A stretch of 64,000 bases of DNA from Alphaproteobacteria bacterium (lineage in GTDB: Bacteria; Pseudomonadota; Alphaproteobacteria; SHVR01): NCBI GenBank assembly GCA_009694185.1, contig SHVR01000011.1, positions 216 through 64,215 of the forward strand. The letters run 5' to 3'. The notes beneath the pieces were generated by a model. That model did no database searches, was not told the origin of the DNA, and was given only the letters and a program-made list of their open reading frames with translations. A program made the position numbers and the translations under genes. Positions 38,772 through 49,408 of this stretch are shown one piece after another (the first letter of the stretch is position 1; each line of letters opens with the position of its first letter).

Positions 38772-39627
38772 CGAGAGCGATACGGCCGGCGAGAACGGCT
38801 ACAATTTCGCCTATCTCGACGAGCAGACCAAACGCATGATCCGTCGCGCCATCCTGAAGGCGGTGGCGGTGCCCGGCTATCAGGTACCGTTCGGCAGCCG
38901 CGAGATGCCGCTTCCCTATGGCTGGGGCACCGGCGGCATCCAGGTGACGGCCGCCCTGATTGGCCCCGACGATGTGCTCAAGGTGATCGACCAGGGTGCC
39001 GACGACACCACCAACGCCGTCAGCATCCGGCGCTTCTTCGAGCGCACGGCCGCTATTGCCACCACGACGCGCACCGTCGAGGCGACCATCATCCAGACCC
39101 GCCACCGCATCCCCGAGACGCCCCTCGCCCCGGGCCAGATCCTGGTCTACCAGGTGCCGCAGCCCGAGCCCTTGCGCCGCCTGGTGGCGAGCGAGGTGGA
39201 GACCCGGACCATGCATGCGCTTGAGGAATATGGCGTCATGCATGTCCGCCTCTATGAGGACATCGCCCGGCACGGCCGCATCGCCACGGCCTATGATTAT
39301 CCGGTCAAGGTGAACGGCCGCTATGTGATGGCGCCCTCGCCGATTCCGAAATTCGACAATCCGAAGATGGACCGGAACCCGGCGCTCCAGCTCTTCGGCG
39401 CCGGCCGCGAGAAGCGCATCTACGCCGTCCCGCCCCATACCAGCGTCAAGAGCCTGGACTTCGACGATCATCCCTTCGAGATCGAGCGCTGGAATGAAAG
39501 CTGCGCGCTCTGCGGCGCCACCGAGACCTTTCTCGATGAGGTGCTGACCGACGATGCGGGCGGGCGCCTATTTGTGTGCTCCGACAGCGACTATTGCCAC
39601 GAGCGGCGGGTGGTCGAGGATGATTGA
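38764..39627 (+). CDS. phnJ: C-P lyase catalytic subunit PhnJ
   Basis: YNFAYLDEQTKR, YGWGTGG and CALC...CSDSDYC cluster cysteines intact. Confidence 0.96.
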   Translation: MTDESDTAGENGYNFAYLDEQTKRMIRRAILKAVAVPGYQVPFGSREMPLPYGWGTGGIQVTAALIGPDDVLKVIDQGADDTTNAVSIRRFFERTAAIATTTRTVEATIIQTRHRIPETPLAPGQILVYQVPQPEPLRRLVASEVETRTMHALEEYGVMHVRLYEDIARHGRIATAYDYPVKVNGRYVMAPSPIPKFDNPKMDRNPALQLFGAGREKRIYAVPPHTSVKSLDFDDHPFEIERWNESCALCGATETFLDEVLTDDAGGRLFVCSDSDYCHERRVVEDD

Positions 39628-40399
39628 GGCAGCACCACTCCTCTCGGTCTCGGGGCTCGGCCACGATTACGACGGCATCATCGCCTGCCGCCATATCGCG
39701 TTCGATCTCTGGCCCGGCGAGGTCCTGGGCGTGGTCGGCGAGTCGGGCTCGGGCAAGACGACATTGCTCAACGCGCTCTCGGCGCGCCTGATACCCACGA
39801 CCGGAACCGTCCGCTACCGGACCCGCGAGCAGGGCATGGTGGAGGTCTATCGCCTCTCCGAGGCCGAGCGCCGCATGCTGATGCGCACCGATTGGGGCTT
39901 CGTTCACCAGAACCCGCGCGAGGGTTTGCGCATGAGTGTCAGCGCCGGCGCCAATGTGGGCGAGCGCCTGATGGCGGTGGGCGCCCGTCATTATGGCGAG
40001 ATCCGGGCCGAGGCGGTGCGTTGGCTCGAACAAGTGGAGATGGACACCGGCCGCATCGACGACAGCCCGCGGACATTTTCGGGCGGCATGCTGCAACGTC
40101 TCCAGATCGCCCGCAATCTGGTGACCAAGCCGCGCCTCGTCTTCATGGACGAGCCGACCGGCGGCCTCGACGTCTCCGTACAGGCGCGCCTCCTCGACCT
40201 GTTGCGCGGCCTCGTGGGCGATCTCGGCCTCTCGGCCATCATCGTGACCCACGATCTCGCCGTCGCCCGCATGCTGTCGCATCGCCTCCTGGTCATGTGG
40301 CGGGGCGAGGTGGTCGAGACCGGCTTGACCGATCAGGTGCTCGACGACCCCCAGCATCCATACAGCCAGCTCCTCGTCTCCTCGGTGCTGACGCCATGA
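39620..40399 (+). CDS. phnK: C-P lyase ATPase PhnK
   Basis: GESGSGKTT, RTDWGFVHQ and FSGGMLQRLQIARN. Confidence 0.95.
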   Translation: MIEAAPLLSVSGLGHDYDGIIACRHIAFDLWPGEVLGVVGESGSGKTTLLNALSARLIPTTGTVRYRTREQGMVEVYRLSEAERRMLMRTDWGFVHQNPREGLRMSVSAGANVGERLMAVGARHYGEIRAEAVRWLEQVEMDTGRIDDSPRTFSGGMLQRLQIARNLVTKPRLVFMDEPTGGLDVSVQARLLDLLRGLVGDLGLSAIIVTHDLAVARMLSHRLLVMWRGEVVETGLTDQVLDDPQHPYSQLLVSSVLTP

Positions 40400-41103
40400 C
40401 CGGCCGGCAAACCATGGCGGAAGCAACCGTGACGGTGCGCGGCCTCGCCAAGACATTCATCCTGCATCTGCAAGGCGGCATCCGGTTGCCGGTGCTCCAG
40501 GGCGTCGATCTCGACGTACAAGCCGGCGAGTGCGTTGCCCTCAACGGACCCTCGGGGGTTGGCAAGAGCACGCTGCTCCGCTGCCTCTATGGCAATTATC
40601 GCGCCGATGCCGGCCACATTACCCTCCGCGATGAAGGAATAGTGGTTGACATGGCGACAGCCGAGCCGCGCCATATCCTTGCCGTCAGGCGGCGGAGCCT
40701 CGGCTATGTCAGCCAGTTCCTCAGGGTGGTGCCGCGCGTGCCGGCCATCGACGTGGTGGCCGAACCCTTGCGCGCACTGGGTGTGAGTGAAGAGGCGGCG
40801 CGGGAGCGGGCGCGGGCACTACTCCAGCGCCTGCATATCCCGGAGCGCCTCTGGGCCTTGCCACCCGCCACCTTCTCGGGCGGCGAGCAGCAGCGCATCA
40901 ACATCGCGCGCGGCTTCGCCCATTCCTTCCCGATCATGTTGCTCGACGAGCCGACGGCCGCCCTCGACGCCGATAACCAGGGTGCCGTCATCGACTTGAT
41001 CCGGGACGCCCGCGAGCGCGGCACGGCCATGGTCGGCATCTTCCACGATCCCGCCGTTCGCCAGGCGCTTGCTACCCGCCTCTTCGACATGAAGCCGCCA
41101 TGA
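40396..41103 (+). CDS. phnL: C-P lyase ATPase PhnL
   Basis: KTFILHLQGG, GPSGVGKS, YVSQFLRV and PATFSGGEQQR. Confidence 0.95.
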   Translation: MTGRQTMAEATVTVRGLAKTFILHLQGGIRLPVLQGVDLDVQAGECVALNGPSGVGKSTLLRCLYGNYRADAGHITLRDEGIVVDMATAEPRHILAVRRRSLGYVSQFLRVVPRVPAIDVVAEPLRALGVSEEAARERARALLQRLHIPERLWALPPATFSGGEQQRINIARGFAHSFPIMLLDEPTAALDADNQGAVIDLIRDARERGTAMVGIFHDPAVRQALATRLFDMKPP

Positions 41104-42266
41104 GCACCAGGCACCCGATGACACCTGAAACGATTTTCGCCAACGCCCGGATCGTCACACCCGACGCGGTGATCCGGGGCGGCGTCCGCGTGGCGGGCGC
41201 CATGATCGCTGGCGTCGACGCGGGACGCGGCGCAACCACCGCCGCCATCGATTTCGAGGGCGACTATCTGTTGCCGGGCCTCGTCGAACTGCACACCGAC
41301 CATCTCGAACGGCATTTCACACCCAGACCCGGCGTGCGCTGGCCAAGCCGTGTGGCGGTCCTCGCCCATGACGCCCAGCTTGCCGCCGCCGGCATCACCA
41401 CGGTCCTCGATGCCCTGCCGATCGCGGGCGACGCGACCGACACGACCGGCCGCGGTCGCGGCCTCCCCGACATGGTGGCGGGACTGCGCTGGGGCGAGGC
41501 AGCGGGCCTCTTTCGCGCCGAACATCATCTGCATCTTCGCTGCGAGGTGCCGTTCGCCACGGTGGTCGAGAGCGTCGAGCCCTTTGCCGGCGACCCGCTG
41601 CTTCGCCTCGTCTCGTTGATGGATCACACCCCCGGCCAGCGCCAGTTCGCCGCCATTGACAAGTACCGGCAATATTATCAAGGCCGCTTCGGCTTCTCGG
41701 ACGCCAAGATGGCGGCCTATATCGCCGAGCAAAAGGCGACCCAGGCCCGTTATGGCGCCCCCAATCGGACGCGGCTGGTAGCCCTCTGCCAAACCCTCGG
41801 CGTGCCGCTCGCGAGCCATGACGACGCGACGCCCGAGCATATCGCCGAAGCCCAGGCGATCGGCGTTACCATCGCCGAGTTTCCGACGACCGAAAGCGCC
41901 GCCCGGGCGGCGCGCGCGGCCGGGATCGCGGTGATGATGGGCGGCCCCAATCTGGTGCTGGGCGGCTCCCATTCGGGCAATGTGGCGGCCGCTACCTTGG
42001 CACGCCAGGGCCACCTTGACTTGCTGGCCTCGGATTATGTGCCGAGCAGCCTCTTGCACGGCGCCTTCTTGCTGACCGGCGAGGCGATCGCGATCGACCT
42101 GCCGACGGCGGTCGCAACCGTGACCTCCAGGCCCGCCGGCCTCGTCGGCATGACCGACCGGGGCGCGATCGTCGTGGGCAAGAAGGCCGACCTCATTCGG
42201 GTGCGGGTGACCGAAGGCGGGCCCATCGTGCGGGCCGTCTGGCGCGACGGCCGCCAGGTTGTTTAA
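41100..42266 (+). CDS. phnM: Alpha-D-ribose 1-methylphosphonate 5-triphosphate diphosphatase
   Basis: PGLVELHTD, HLRCE, MDHTPGQRQF, SHDD and GGSHSGN. Confidence 0.95.
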   Translation: MSTRHPMTPETIFANARIVTPDAVIRGGVRVAGAMIAGVDAGRGATTAAIDFEGDYLLPGLVELHTDHLERHFTPRPGVRWPSRVAVLAHDAQLAAAGITTVLDALPIAGDATDTTGRGRGLPDMVAGLRWGEAAGLFRAEHHLHLRCEVPFATVVESVEPFAGDPLLRLVSLMDHTPGQRQFAAIDKYRQYYQGRFGFSDAKMAAYIAEQKATQARYGAPNRTRLVALCQTLGVPLASHDDATPEHIAEAQAIGVTIAEFPTTESAARAARAAGIAVMMGGPNLVLGGSHSGNVAAATLARQGHLDLLASDYVPSSLLHGAFLLTGEAIAIDLPTAVATVTSRPAGLVGMTDRGAIVVGKKADLIRVRVTEGGPIVRAVWRDGRQVV

Positions 42267-42333
42267 GAGGCAGCGGACGGCGCATTGCCCCGATATACTG
42301 GCGCCCTCGACCCGCTGCGGAGGATGGGACGCG

Positions 42334-43320
42334 ATGAACCGTGGATTGTCTGGATTCTTGTTCCTTGCTGTCGTCGCGCTGGCCGCCGCCATGGCGACGT
42401 CCGCGCTCGCCCAGACCGACTGCCCGCGCGGCACCCTGGATGTGCGCTTTTGCGATCGCAACGGCGACATGGTGGCGGACTTGCCGAGCGATGCCAAAGC
42501 GATCGTCAATCCTGGCACCCTGATTTTCGCCTATACGCCGGTCGAGGACCCGGAGGTCTATCGCAAGGTCTGGGATAGCTTCCTCAGGCACTTGGAAAAG
42601 GCGACGGGCAAGAAGGTGATGTTCTTTCCCGTGCAATCCAACGCCGCCCAGATCGAGGCGATGCGCGCCGGCCGGCTGCATGTGGCGGGCTTCAACACCG
42701 GCGCCAACCCGCTGGCGGTGAATTGCGCCGGTTTCGTGCCGTTCGCCATGGCGGCCTCCAAGGACAACGCCTATGGCTATGAGATGGAGATCATTACCCA
42801 TGCGGACTCGACGATCCGAAAAATCGAGGATTTGAAGGGCCGGCAACTGGCCTTCACCGATCCCAACTCCAACTCGGGATACAAGGCGCCGAGTGCCTTG
42901 CTCAAGGCCGAGTTCGGCCTCGAAGCCGAGCGCGACTACAAGACGGCCTTCTCGGGCAAGCACGATAATTCGGTCCTCGGCGTGCAGAACAAGGACTATG
43001 AGGCGGCAGCCATCGCCAATTCGGTGATGAAGCGCATGTTCGCGCGCAAGGTGGCGGATGCGGCGAAAATCCGCACCGTCTACAAATCCCAGACCTTCCC
43101 CACCACCGGCTACGGTCATGCCCATAATCTCGATCCCGGCCTGGTGGCGAAGCTGCGCACGGCCTTTCTCGACTTCAACTGGGAAGGCACCGAGCTTCTG
43201 AAGGAGTTCTCGACGTCCGAGCCGCCGCAGGAAAAGTTCATGCCCATCTCCTACAAGGAGCATTGGGAGGTCGTCCGCCAGATCGACAAGGCGATGGGCG
43301 TCTCCTACGCCTGCAAGTGA
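42334..43320 (+). CDS. phnD: Phosphonate/phosphate/phosphite ABC substrate-binding protein
   Basis: Signal peptide; FAYTPVEDP, SNSGYKAP and SGKHD. Confidence 0.9.
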   Translation: MNRGLSGFLFLAVVALAAAMATSALAQTDCPRGTLDVRFCDRNGDMVADLPSDAKAIVNPGTLIFAYTPVEDPEVYRKVWDSFLRHLEKATGKKVMFFPVQSNAAQIEAMRAGRLHVAGFNTGANPLAVNCAGFVPFAMAASKDNAYGYEMEIITHADSTIRKIEDLKGRQLAFTDPNSNSGYKAPSALLKAEFGLEAERDYKTAFSGKHDNSVLGVQNKDYEAAAIANSVMKRMFARKVADAAKIRTVYKSQTFPTTGYGHAHNLDPGLVAKLRTAFLDFNWEGTELLKEFSTSEPPQEKFMPISYKEHWEVVRQIDKAMGVSYACK

Positions 43321-43332
43321 GGCGGGCGCCCC

Positions 43333-44196
43333 ATGCTCCTGATCGAGGGCCTGACCAAACAATACAAGACCGGCGATCGAGCACTGCGCGGGGTGGATCT
43401 GACGGTACCCCAGGGACAGGTGGCGGCGCTCATCGGCCCATCCGGCGCCGGCAAGAGCACGCTGCTGCGCTGCGTCAACCGGCTGGTGGAGCCGACGGCG
43501 GGCAAGATCGCCCTCGACGGCGTCGAGATCACCGGGCTCGGCCGCCGGGCACTCCGCCGGGCGCGCCGCCAGATGGGCATGATCTTCCAGGAATATGCCC
43601 TGGTCGAGCGCCTGACCGTCATGGAGAACGTGCTCTCCGGCCGACTCGGCTATGTGGGGTTCTGGCGGAGCTTTTTCCGGCGCTTTCCCGCGCCCGCCAT
43701 CGACGAGGCGTTCCGCCTCTTGGATCGCGTCGGGCTGGCCGAGTTCGTCGACAAGCGGGCGGACGCGCTTTCGGGCGGCCAGCGCCAGCGGGTCGGCATC
43801 GCCCGCGCCCTCATCCAGGACCCGGCGATTCTCTTGATCGATGAGCCGACGGCGAGCCTCGATCCCAAGACCTCGCGCCAGATCATGCGGCTGATCCGGG
43901 AACTCTGCGCCGAGCGGCGGCTCCCCGCCATCATCAATCTGCATGATGTGGGCCTGGCCATAAGCTTCGCGGAACGCATCATCGGCCTGCGCCAGGGCGT
44001 GATCGTCTTCGACGGACCACCCGAGCGCCTGACGCCCGCGGTCCTCACCGAAATCTATGGCGAGGAGGATTGGTCGGCCCTGATTCGGGCGGCCTCCGAG
44101 GATGGGGAAGCCGAAGGCGCGGGAGAGACGGCGGCCGCCGCCGGGCAACGCCAGACCGGCTTTCAGGGCAGCGATGCCCGGGCCCGGCTGACGTGA
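43333..44196 (+). CDS. phnC: Phosphonate ABC ATPase
   Basis: [26 protein letters not shown] and DEPTASLDP. Confidence 0.93.
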   Translation: MLLIEGLTKQYKTGDRALRGVDLTVPQGQVAALIGPSGAGKSTLLRCVNRLVEPTAGKIALDGVEITGLGRRALRRARRQMGMIFQEYALVERLTVMENVLSGRLGYVGFWRSFFRRFPAPAIDEAFRLLDRVGLAEFVDKRADALSGGQRQRVGIARALIQDPAILLIDEPTASLDPKTSRQIMRLIRELCAERRLPAIINLHDVGLAISFAERIIGLRQGVIVFDGPPERLTPAVLTEIYGEEDWSALIRAASEDGEAEGAGETAAAAGQRQTGFQGSDARARLT

Positions 44197-45002
44197 GCCC
44201 GGCCGTGGCAGCGGCCGGCCGGCGCTGGCGGGCGCCACCCTTGATCGCCAACCCGTGGCTCCGCTGGGCCATCGCGATCGGCGCCGTCATTTATCTGGCG
44301 CTGGCGCTCATGAGCCTCGAGGTCAAATGGAGCCGGGTCTGTGAGGGCCTCGACCGGGGCTGGACGTTCGTCGTCGCCTTTGCCCAACCCAATTTCATCT
44401 CCCGGTCCGAGGAGATCGTCGAGGGGATCGTCGAGAGCCTGACCATGACCGTGGTGGCGACGGTCTTCGGCATCTTGATCTCGATTCCCATCGGCCTGGG
44501 TGCTGCCCGCAACATAGCACCCGTGCCGGTCTATCTCGTCTGCCGCGCCATCATCGCGGTCTCGCGCACATTTCAAGAAGTCATCGTCGCCATCCTCTTT
44601 GTGAAGATGTTCGGCTTCGGCCCACTCGCCGGCGCCGTCACCCTCGCCTTTGCCACCATCGGCTTCATGGGCAAGCTCTTGGCCGAAGACATCGAGGACA
44701 TCGACCCGGCCCAGGCCGAGGCCATCCGGGCCACGGGTGCCTCCTGGCCGCAGCTCGTCAATTACGGCATCCAGCCCCAGGTGATGCCGCGGCTCTTGGG
44801 CCTCTCGCTCTACCGCTTCGACATCAACTTCCGCGAATCCGCCGTCATCGGCATCGTCGGCGCGGGCGGCATTGGCGCCACGCTCAATACCGCCTTCGAC
44901 CGCTACGAGTTCGATACGGCGGCGGCCATCCTGATCACCATCATCGCCATCGTCATGGCCACCGAGTATGGCTCGAGCCTGCTGCGCCGGAGGCTGCAAT
45001 AA
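44193..45002 (+). CDS. phnE: Phosphonate ABC permease
   Basis: GKLLAEDIE and [22 protein letters not shown]; GTG overlaps the phnC stop. Confidence 0.92.
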   Translation: MSPAVAAAGRRWRAPPLIANPWLRWAIAIGAVIYLALALMSLEVKWSRVCEGLDRGWTFVVAFAQPNFISRSEEIVEGIVESLTMTVVATVFGILISIPIGLGAARNIAPVPVYLVCRAIIAVSRTFQEVIVAILFVKMFGFGPLAGAVTLAFATIGFMGKLLAEDIEDIDPAQAEAIRATGASWPQLVNYGIQPQVMPRLLGLSLYRFDINFRESAVIGIVGAGGIGATLNTAFDRYEFDTAAAILITIIAIVMATEYGSSLLRRRLQ

Positions 45003-45817
45003 TGCCCGTCACCATCGGGGACGGCAGGCGTGAGTGGCAGCTCCGCGATCGGCGGGGACAGATTGGCCTCTGGCTCATGTGGCTCGTCGGCACGGCCATT
45101 ACGGTCGCCGCCATCGAGCAGATCTCGGGCGAGACCATCTGGGCCTTCGTCTGGGACGCGCCCGAGCAGGCGGCCGATCTCCTCACCCGCATGGTGCCGC
45201 CACGCTGGAGCTATCTCGATAAGATCTGGTCGCCGCTTTGGGACACCATCAATATCGCGACACTCGGCACGCTTCTCGCCATCGTCCTAGGGACACCGCT
45301 CGGCTTTCTCGCCGCCCGCAACACGACGCCGAGTGTGGCACTCGTGCGCCCGCTGGCCTTGCTCATCATCGTCTCGTCGCGCTCGATCAATTCGCTGATC
45401 TGGGCGCTGCTGCTGGTGGCGATCCTGGGGCCGGGCGTGCTCGCCGGCATCTTTGCCATAGCACTCCGCTCCATCGGTTTTGTTGGCAAGCTCTTGTACG
45501 AGGCGATCGAGGAGATCGACTTGAGCCAGGTTGAGGCCATCGACGCGACGGGTGCCAGCCCAGCCCAGACGCTTGCCTATGGCATCGTGCCCCAGATCAT
45601 GCCCGCCTTCGCCGGCATCTCGGTTTATCGCTGGGACATCAATATCCGCGAGTCGACGGTGGTCGGCCTCGTGGGCGCGGGCGGCATCGGCCTCCAGCTC
45701 CAGTCGTCCATCAGCACGCTCGCCTGGCCGCAAGTGACCGTCATCTTCATCGCCATCTTCGTCACGGTGGTGGCGAGCGAATGGCTTTCCGCCCGCATCC
45801 GTCATGCGATTATCTAG
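45002..45817 (+). CDS. phnE: Phosphonate ABC permease (second copy)
   Basis: GKLLYEAIE and YRWDINIRESTVVGLVGAGGIG. Confidence 0.92.
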   Translation: MPVTIGDGRREWQLRDRRGQIGLWLMWLVGTAITVAAIEQISGETIWAFVWDAPEQAADLLTRMVPPRWSYLDKIWSPLWDTINIATLGTLLAIVLGTPLGFLAARNTTPSVALVRPLALLIIVSSRSINSLIWALLLVAILGPGVLAGIFAIALRSIGFVGKLLYEAIEEIDLSQVEAIDATGASPAQTLAYGIVPQIMPAFAGISVYRWDINIRESTVVGLVGAGGIGLQLQSSISTLAWPQVTVIFIAIFVTVVASEWLSARIRHAII

Positions 45818-45845
45818 CGGGCCGGTGTCTGCGACACTCGCCGGC

Positions 45846-46694
45846 ATGGGCTACATGCTAGCAACCACCCTTTGTTTTTCGATCATGGCGGCGATGGCGC
45901 GCCATGTGGGCCAGGAACTGGAGCCGTTGGTGGCGGCGTTCTGGCGGAGCGTCTTCGGCATGGTGTTCATGGCACCGCTCCTGGTGAACCACGGCCTCGC
46001 CATGTTCCGCACCCGGAAGCTCGGCCTGCATATGTTGCGCAATCTCTTGCAGGCGCTCGACATGTTCGCCTATTTCATCGGCGTGGCGCTGTTGCCGCTC
46101 GCCGAGACGACGTCGCTCTCCTTCACCACGCCCTTGTTCGCCGTCCTCTTCGCCGTCGTCGTGCTCCGCGAGCGCATCAAGGCGCGGCGCATCGGGGCAC
46201 TCATTGTCGGCTTCGCCGGGGTCATGGTGGTGATCCAGCCGGGCGCCGGTCCCCTTGCCCATGGCGACCTGATGATCCTGATCTCGTCGCTGTTCTGGGC
46301 GGCGGCGATCATCGTGATCAAACTCCTGGCGCGCACCGAGTCGAGCCTGACCCTCACCGCCTACATGTCGGTCCTGATGGTGCCCTTCGCCCTGGTGCCG
46401 GCGCTGTTCGTCTGGCAATGGCCGAGCTGGATGGACCTCGGCCTATGTGCCGCCATGGGCCTCATCGGCACCATCGGCCATCTCGCCTTCGCCCAGGCCT
46501 TTCGCCTCGCCGACAGCACGGCCGTCATGCCGCTCGACTTCACGCGCCTGGTGTGGGCGAGCCTGCTCGGTTACGTCCTGTTCGCCGAAGTGCCGAGCCT
46601 CGCCCACTGGCTGGGCGGCGCGCTGATCTTCTCCAGCACCCTCTACATCGCCTACCGGGAGGCACAGCACGCCCGCCGCGAACGCGCCAACTGA
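45846..46694 (+). CDS. DMT/EamA family transporter
   Basis: About 10 hydrophobic segments; FTTPLF, LRER and LFAEVP. Confidence 0.88.
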   Translation: MGYMLATTLCFSIMAAMARHVGQELEPLVAAFWRSVFGMVFMAPLLVNHGLAMFRTRKLGLHMLRNLLQALDMFAYFIGVALLPLAETTSLSFTTPLFAVLFAVVVLRERIKARRIGALIVGFAGVMVVIQPGAGPLAHGDLMILISSLFWAAAIIVIKLLARTESSLTLTAYMSVLMVPFALVPALFVWQWPSWMDLGLCAAMGLIGTIGHLAFAQAFRLADSTAVMPLDFTRLVWASLLGYVLFAEVPSLAHWLGGALIFSSTLYIAYREAQHARRERAN

Positions 46695-46707
46695 CGGCGG
46701 CGAAGGG

Positions 46708-47070
46708 TTAAGCCGTCTTGGCGACACCCAGATAGCCAAGCCAGACGGCGGCGAGACAGGCGATGAGCGAGAGGGCGATATAGAGGCCGGCCTTCCCCCA
46801 GGCGCCGTCCTGCATGAGGGCGAGGGTCTCCAGGCTGAAGGCCGAGAAGGTGGTGTAGCCGCCGCAGAGGCCCACCATCACGAAGAGCCGGACATCGGCG
46901 CTTGTCGTCAGCCCCGCGACGAGGCCGATGACGAACGAGCCCAGAATGTTGACGATCAGCGTGCCCCAAGGGAAACCGCCACCGAAAAGCGCGAGCGCCC
47001 AGAGACCGCAGGCGTAACGCGCGACGCCGCCAAGGGCACTCCCCCCCGCGACCAGCAGCCAGGCCGTCAC
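46708..47070 (-). CDS. crcB: Fluoride efflux channel Fluc/CrcB
   Basis: GSALGGVARY, FPWGTLIVNILGSF and GLCGGYTTFSAF. Confidence 0.93.
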   Translation of the reverse strand: MTAWLLVAGGSALGGVARYACGLWALALFGGGFPWGTLIVNILGSFVIGLVAGLTTSADVRLFVMVGLCGGYTTFSAFSLETLALMQDGAWGKAGLYIALSLIACLAAVWLGYLGVAKTA

Positions 47071-48278
47071 GGCAGCGCGCCCACACGGGCGTGCCGGCCG
47101 ACGCCGATCAAGCTCGCGAGGGCCACCGCCGTGAAGGCGGCACCCGCCAGGAAAGTGGCGCTGGGGCCGATCAGGTCCCAGAGCAGGCCGGCGATCGCGC
47201 TCGAGACCAGCAGCATGACCCCCGTCACCAGATTGAAGAGGCCGAAGGCGGTGCCCCTGAGATCGGCGGGTGCCGCGTCGGCGACCAGCGCCGACAACAG
47301 GCTTTGGGTCAGGCCCATATGCAGGCCCCAGAGCAGGGCACCCGCCATCACGGCGGCAACGCCACTCGCGAAGGCCAGCACCAGATCGGCGGCGATCAGC
47401 ACCAGGAAACCGGCCGCCAACAGCCCGCGGCGCTCGATGCGGTCGGCCAAGCGGCCGGCGGGATAGGCGGAGAGCGCGAAACCGCCACTCATGACGATCA
47501 TCGCCATCGGCACATAGGCGGTCGCAAGCCCGGTCGCCTCGGCGCGCAACAGCAGGAAGGCCTCGCTGAAACGCGCCAGCGTCAAGGCGGCGCCGATGCC
47601 CACCACCCACCAATAGGCAAACGTCAGCCGGCCCGCGTCGGCGAAACGGACCGGCGGCCGGGCGCCCGTCGCGTGATCCGGCCGCCGGTCCGTTTCGCCG
47701 ACGCGGGCCGGCTCATGGACGGCGAAGCCCAGGATGGCGACGGCGATGATGGCCGGAATGACCGCGAACCAGAGCACGGTGCGGATATCGTCGAAGATCA
47801 GCATCAAGATGACGGCCAGCAACGGCCCCAGCACGGCGCCGGTCGCATCGAGGGTCTGGCGGAGACCATAGGCGCTCCCCCGCAATTCGGCGGGCGTGAT
47901 GTCGGCGATCAGCGCGTCGCGCGGCGCCGAGCGGATGCCCTTGCCGATGCGATCGAAGAAGCGCGCCGCCAGCACCCAGGCGATGCTGTCGGCGAGTGGA
48001 AACAGCGGCTTGGTGAGGGTGGCGAGGCCATAACCCAAGAGCGTGAGGGGTTTGCGCCGGCCAACCCGATCGCTCCACCAGCCGGAGAAGACCTTGGTGA
48101 CGGCGGCGGTCCCCTCGGCGATGCCCTCGATCAGGCCGACCGACAGCATGCTGGCCCCGAGCACGCCCACCAGGAACAAGGGCAGCAGGCTGTGGACCAG
48201 CTCCGACGACATGTCGGTAAAGAGGCTAACGAGGCCAAGGGCCACGACACCGCGCGGCATGGAAGCACCGGCATTCAC
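47067..48278 (-). CDS. MFS transporter
   Basis: SDRVGRRK motif A, DRIGKGIRSAPRDAL; about 12 TM segments. Confidence 0.9.
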   Translation of the reverse strand: MNAGASMPRGVVALGLVSLFTDMSSELVHSLLPLFLVGVLGASMLSVGLIEGIAEGTAAVTKVFSGWWSDRVGRRKPLTLLGYGLATLTKPLFPLADSIAWVLAARFFDRIGKGIRSAPRDALIADITPAELRGSAYGLRQTLDATGAVLGPLLAVILMLIFDDIRTVLWFAVIPAIIAVAILGFAVHEPARVGETDRRPDHATGARPPVRFADAGRLTFAYWWVVGIGAALTLARFSEAFLLLRAEATGLATAYVPMAMIVMSGGFALSAYPAGRLADRIERRGLLAAGFLVLIAADLVLAFASGVAAVMAGALLWGLHMGLTQSLLSALVADAAPADLRGTAFGLFNLVTGVMLLVSSAIAGLLWDLIGPSATFLAGAAFTAVALASLIGVGRHARVGALP

Positions 48279-49408
48279 GGACGCGCCTCGATCCTGAGAA
48301 TGCGATCGTCGCCCGTCCGCGGCGTGCCGCGGCCGTCGGTGTTGTTGGTGACGACATAGAGGGCGCCATCGGGACCCGTCACCGCGTCGCGCAGCCGGCC
48401 GAAACGCTCGGCGAACCAGCGCTCGATGCCGATGGTTCGATAGCTCCCGTCCCGCAGGGCGGCAAAACGGATACGAACCAGCGCCTCGCTGCGGAGCGTC
48501 GCCACATAAAGATCGCCCCGCCAGAATGCCATGCCCGATGGCGGCGTCGTCCTGGTGGGCCAGGCGACCAGCGGATCGACGAATTGCGGATCGCCCGGTG
48601 CCCCCACCACGCGCGGCCAGCCGAAATTACCGCCGCGCGCGCCCACATTAATCTCGTCATGGGCACGCAGGCCGAATTCGCCCGAGGGTCCATGCTCGGA
48701 GATGAAGAGCTGTCCATTGTCGGGGTGCCAGGCGAGGCCCTGAACGTTGCGGTGGCCGAGGCTGTAGACCGGCGAGCCGGAAAATGGATTTTCCGCCGGC
48801 ACCGCGCCCTCGGGTGTCAGCCGTAATATCTTGCCGCCCATGTCCTGGATATCCTGGGCGCGCTCCGCCTGGAAGATCTCGCCGGTGCCGATGTAAAGCA
48901 GGCCGTCGGGACCGAAGCCGATACGGCCGCCATTATGGAACCGGGCGGCGGCGATGCCCTGGAACACCACTCGGTCGAACGTCAGAGTCTCGCCGGCAAG
49001 ACGGAGGCGGATAACCCGGTTCCGCCGTTCGCCAGCCACGTCGGCCGTGTGCATGGCATAGACGAAGGGTTCACTCTCAAAACGGGGATGCAGCGCCAGG
49101 CCCATCAGCCCGCCCTCGCCGCCCTGGACCGACTCGATGGCGGCAATGGGCGCCGCCCGCAACCGCCCGCGTTCGACGAGGCGGACCAGGCCCGGCCGCT
49201 CGCTGACGAGCGCCCGGCCATCCGGCAGGAACACCAGCGACCAGGGGGCGTCCAGGCCGGTGACCCAGTCGCTGGCCGCGATGCCGGGTGGGTTGACGAC
49301 CACAAGATCGTCCATCGCCTGGGGCCGGGGACCGCGCACCACGTCGGCCGCCGCGCTCGCAGTGGCGAGCGCGAGGAGTGCCGCGACCAGGAAGGCCCAT
49401 CGGGTCAA
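48275..49408 (-). CDS. PQQ-dependent sugar dehydrogenase (soluble, GSDH family)
   Basis: GLDAPW, GEGGLMG, HNGGRI.FGPDG and GHRNVQG motifs; signal peptide. Confidence 0.9.
   Translation of the reverse strand: MTRWAFLVAALLALATASAAADVVRGPRPQAMDDLVVVNPPGIAASDWVTGLDAPWSLVFLPDGRALVSERPGLVRLVERGRLRAAPIAAIESVQGGEGGLMGLALHPRFESEPFVYAMHTADVAGERRNRVIRLRLAGETLTFDRVVFQGIAAARFHNGGRIGFGPDGLLYIGTGEIFQAERAQDIQDMGGKILRLTPEGAVPAENPFSGSPVYSLGHRNVQGLAWHPDNGQLFISEHGPSGEFGLRAHDEINVGARGGNFGWPRVVGAPGDPQFVDPLVAWPTRTTPPSGMAFWRGDLYVATLRSEALVRIRFAALRDGSYRTIGIERWFAERFGRLRDAVTGPDGALYVVTNNTDGRGTPRTGDDRILRIEARP

Noticed and set aside
46695-47070. Fluoride riboswitch upstream of crcB
   Set aside because: crcB overlaps the MFS stop codon, leaving no leader
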